Assembly: GCA_035556135.1 (NCBI GenBank)
Contig: DATMFO010000002.1
Location: forward strand, 35,156-99,155
From: Steroidobacteraceae bacterium
Lineage (GTDB): Bacteria > Pseudomonadota > Gammaproteobacteria > Steroidobacterales > Steroidobacteraceae
DNA: 64,000 nt
Direction of reading: 5' to 3'
Both the position numbers and the translations under genes were made by a program. This document shows positions 62,849 through 64,000 of this stretch, one piece after another. Position 1 is the stretch's first letter, and each line of letters starts with the position of its first letter. The notes beneath the pieces are model-generated. The model was given only the letters and a program-made list of their open reading frames with translations, did no database searches and had not been told where the DNA came from.

Positions 62849-64000
62849 TCAGCGGCTGCCGGTCACCGGATTTGCATAGTGGAAGGGCAGCAGGAAGTTC
62901 TTCGGGTAGAGGTCGAAACTGATCGAGGGCGGGCGGTCCGGCGGGTTGGAATCGGTGATGCCCGGCGGTGCCCGCTGCGGCAGGTCCTTCCAGCCCGTCT
63001 CGTAGGGAGCGAAGTAGGTGTTCACCTGCTGGTCCTTCACGAACTTCCAGCGCCCGCCGATCTTCTGGAATTCGTTCTCGTAGGTGCCGGCCATCCAGGT
63101 GGCATTGCGGTCGAAGTTGCCCATCATCGACAGTGCGCGCGAGCGCAGGTTGGCGCGTGTGCCATCCGCCGAGACGTGGATCACCGGCTGGAACTGCATG
63201 TGGTTGTGCAGTACCCCGTCGTCCAACCCCGCCTGCCCGTACAGGTTCAGGTTGCGCCGCACGGCCGGTTTGCCCACGTACACGCCGCGCATCGCGATCT
63301 CGATGGTGCCGTGGTCAGCGAAGAGATCTGTCAGGTCGTCCCAGAGCAGCGTGGCCAGGTAGTAGCCGTAGGCGGTCTGGATGTTCTCGATGGAGTGGCG
63401 GTCCTCGGCGGCGGCCACCAGCCTTTCGGCATCGGCCAGCTGCTGTTCGATCGCACCTGGATCGGTGGCGGGCCTTGCCTTCAGCCGCGGCGCGGGCATG
63501 GCGCCCGAGCGCACCGGATGGGCGTAGTGGTAAGGCGTGACGAAGCTGTGCTCGTAGGTGCTGGCCGGTCCGGGTGAGGGTGCATCCGGCCCCAGCGATG
63601 GCTCGAAGCGCGAGAAGGGCAGCGACACCTTGCCCCAGCCCGACTCGTAAGGCGTAACCATGGTCGGGTAGAAATGGACCCGGCTGATCATCCACTGGCC
63701 GTTCTCGCGACGGTACTGGTTCTCGTACACACCGGTGGCCCATTCGTGGAACTGCCCGTGCAGGGCGTATTGCGCGAAAAGGTGCCAGCGCCCACGCGCG
63801 GTGCCGGCGGCGAGGTCCACATGCGTCACCGGCTGCAGCATCATGTGGTCGAAGAGACGCCCGGCCACGGGACCCGACTGCCCGACACCGCGCAGGTATT
63901 CCAGGATGCGCGCCCGGCCGCGGAAGATGCCGCGCCCCTGGATTTCCAGTTCCGCATCCTCGGTGAGCAGTGCGGTGGCTTCGTTCCACAGTCCCTTGTC
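62849..64000 (-). CDS. tandem SnoaL-like/NTF2-fold domain protein; N-terminus beyond right edge
   Basis: The ORF stays open to the window end; hand translation of 63869-64000 gives DKGLWNEATALLTEDAELEIQGRGIFRGRARILEYLRGV. Two internally similar units each end in PYE(S/T)GW...(Y/F)HYA(H/N)PV. Confidence 0.7.
   Translation of the reverse strand, partial: DKGLWNEATALLTEDAELEIQGRGIFRGRARILEYLRGVGQSGPVAGRLFDHMMLQPVTHVDLAAGTARGRWHLFAQYALHGQFHEWATGVYENQYRRENGQWMISRVHFYPTMVTPYESGWGKVSLPFSRFEPSLGPDAPSPGPASTYEHSFVTPYHYAHPVRSGAMPAPRLKARPATDPGAIEQQLADAERLVAAAEDRHSIENIQTAYGYYLATLLWDDLTDLFADHGTIEIAMRGVYVGKPAVRRNLNLYGQAGLDDGVLHNHMQFQPVIHVSADGTRANLRSRALSMMGNFDRNATWMAGTYENEFQKIGGRWKFVKDQQVNTYFAPYETGWKDLPQRAPPGITDSNPPDRPPSISFDLYPKNFLLPFHYANPVTGSR

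Overview
GC-rich (about two-thirds G+C by eye, not computed) chromosomal segment of a gammaproteobacterium with Xanthomonadales/Nevskiales-like gene order. I call about 60 CDS and 4 tRNAs: Val-CAC, Ala-GGC, Glu-UUC and Glu-CUC. I saw no rRNA, CRISPR, transposase, integrase or phage genes. The right half (40.0-56.9 kb) is a conserved housekeeping backbone: HDOD-pcnB-folK-dNK-panB-panC-nnr-tsaE-amiC-mutL-miaA-hfq-hflX-hflK-hflC-DUF2065-purA. The rest is accessory and rich in exported proteins. It holds a MarR/ICMT pair, a GH3 glycosidase, an ECF sigma with an atypical anti-sigma, and two TonB-dependent receptor plus Cys-rich lipoprotein pairs, one receptor being 1361 aa. It also holds an SRPBCC protein, alpha/beta hydrolase paralogues, a bicupin-SMP30 lipoprotein and an OYE/HxlR pair. 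A copCD-arsC-ArsR cluster and an iorAB-NDH2-xdhC cluster lie between two inverted tRNA-Glu genes. A carotenoid-oxygenase locus sits at the right end. The best candidate for an undescribed system is the translationally coupled operon at 24.66-30.08 kb. It encodes a di-CxxCH DUF1592-type protein, a Tat-exported DUF1552 protein and a secreted ankyrin-repeat protein. The ankyrin protein's Gly/Pro-rich C-terminal tail recurs on an unrelated secreted SRPBCC protein 12 kb away. Other items worth a second look are the receptor/lipoprotein pairs, a 38-bp direct repeat bracketing the MarR-ICMT module, and low-GC palindromic operators in the ArsR region. All functional calls rest on reading the supplied translations for family-typical motifs. 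No database search was run.
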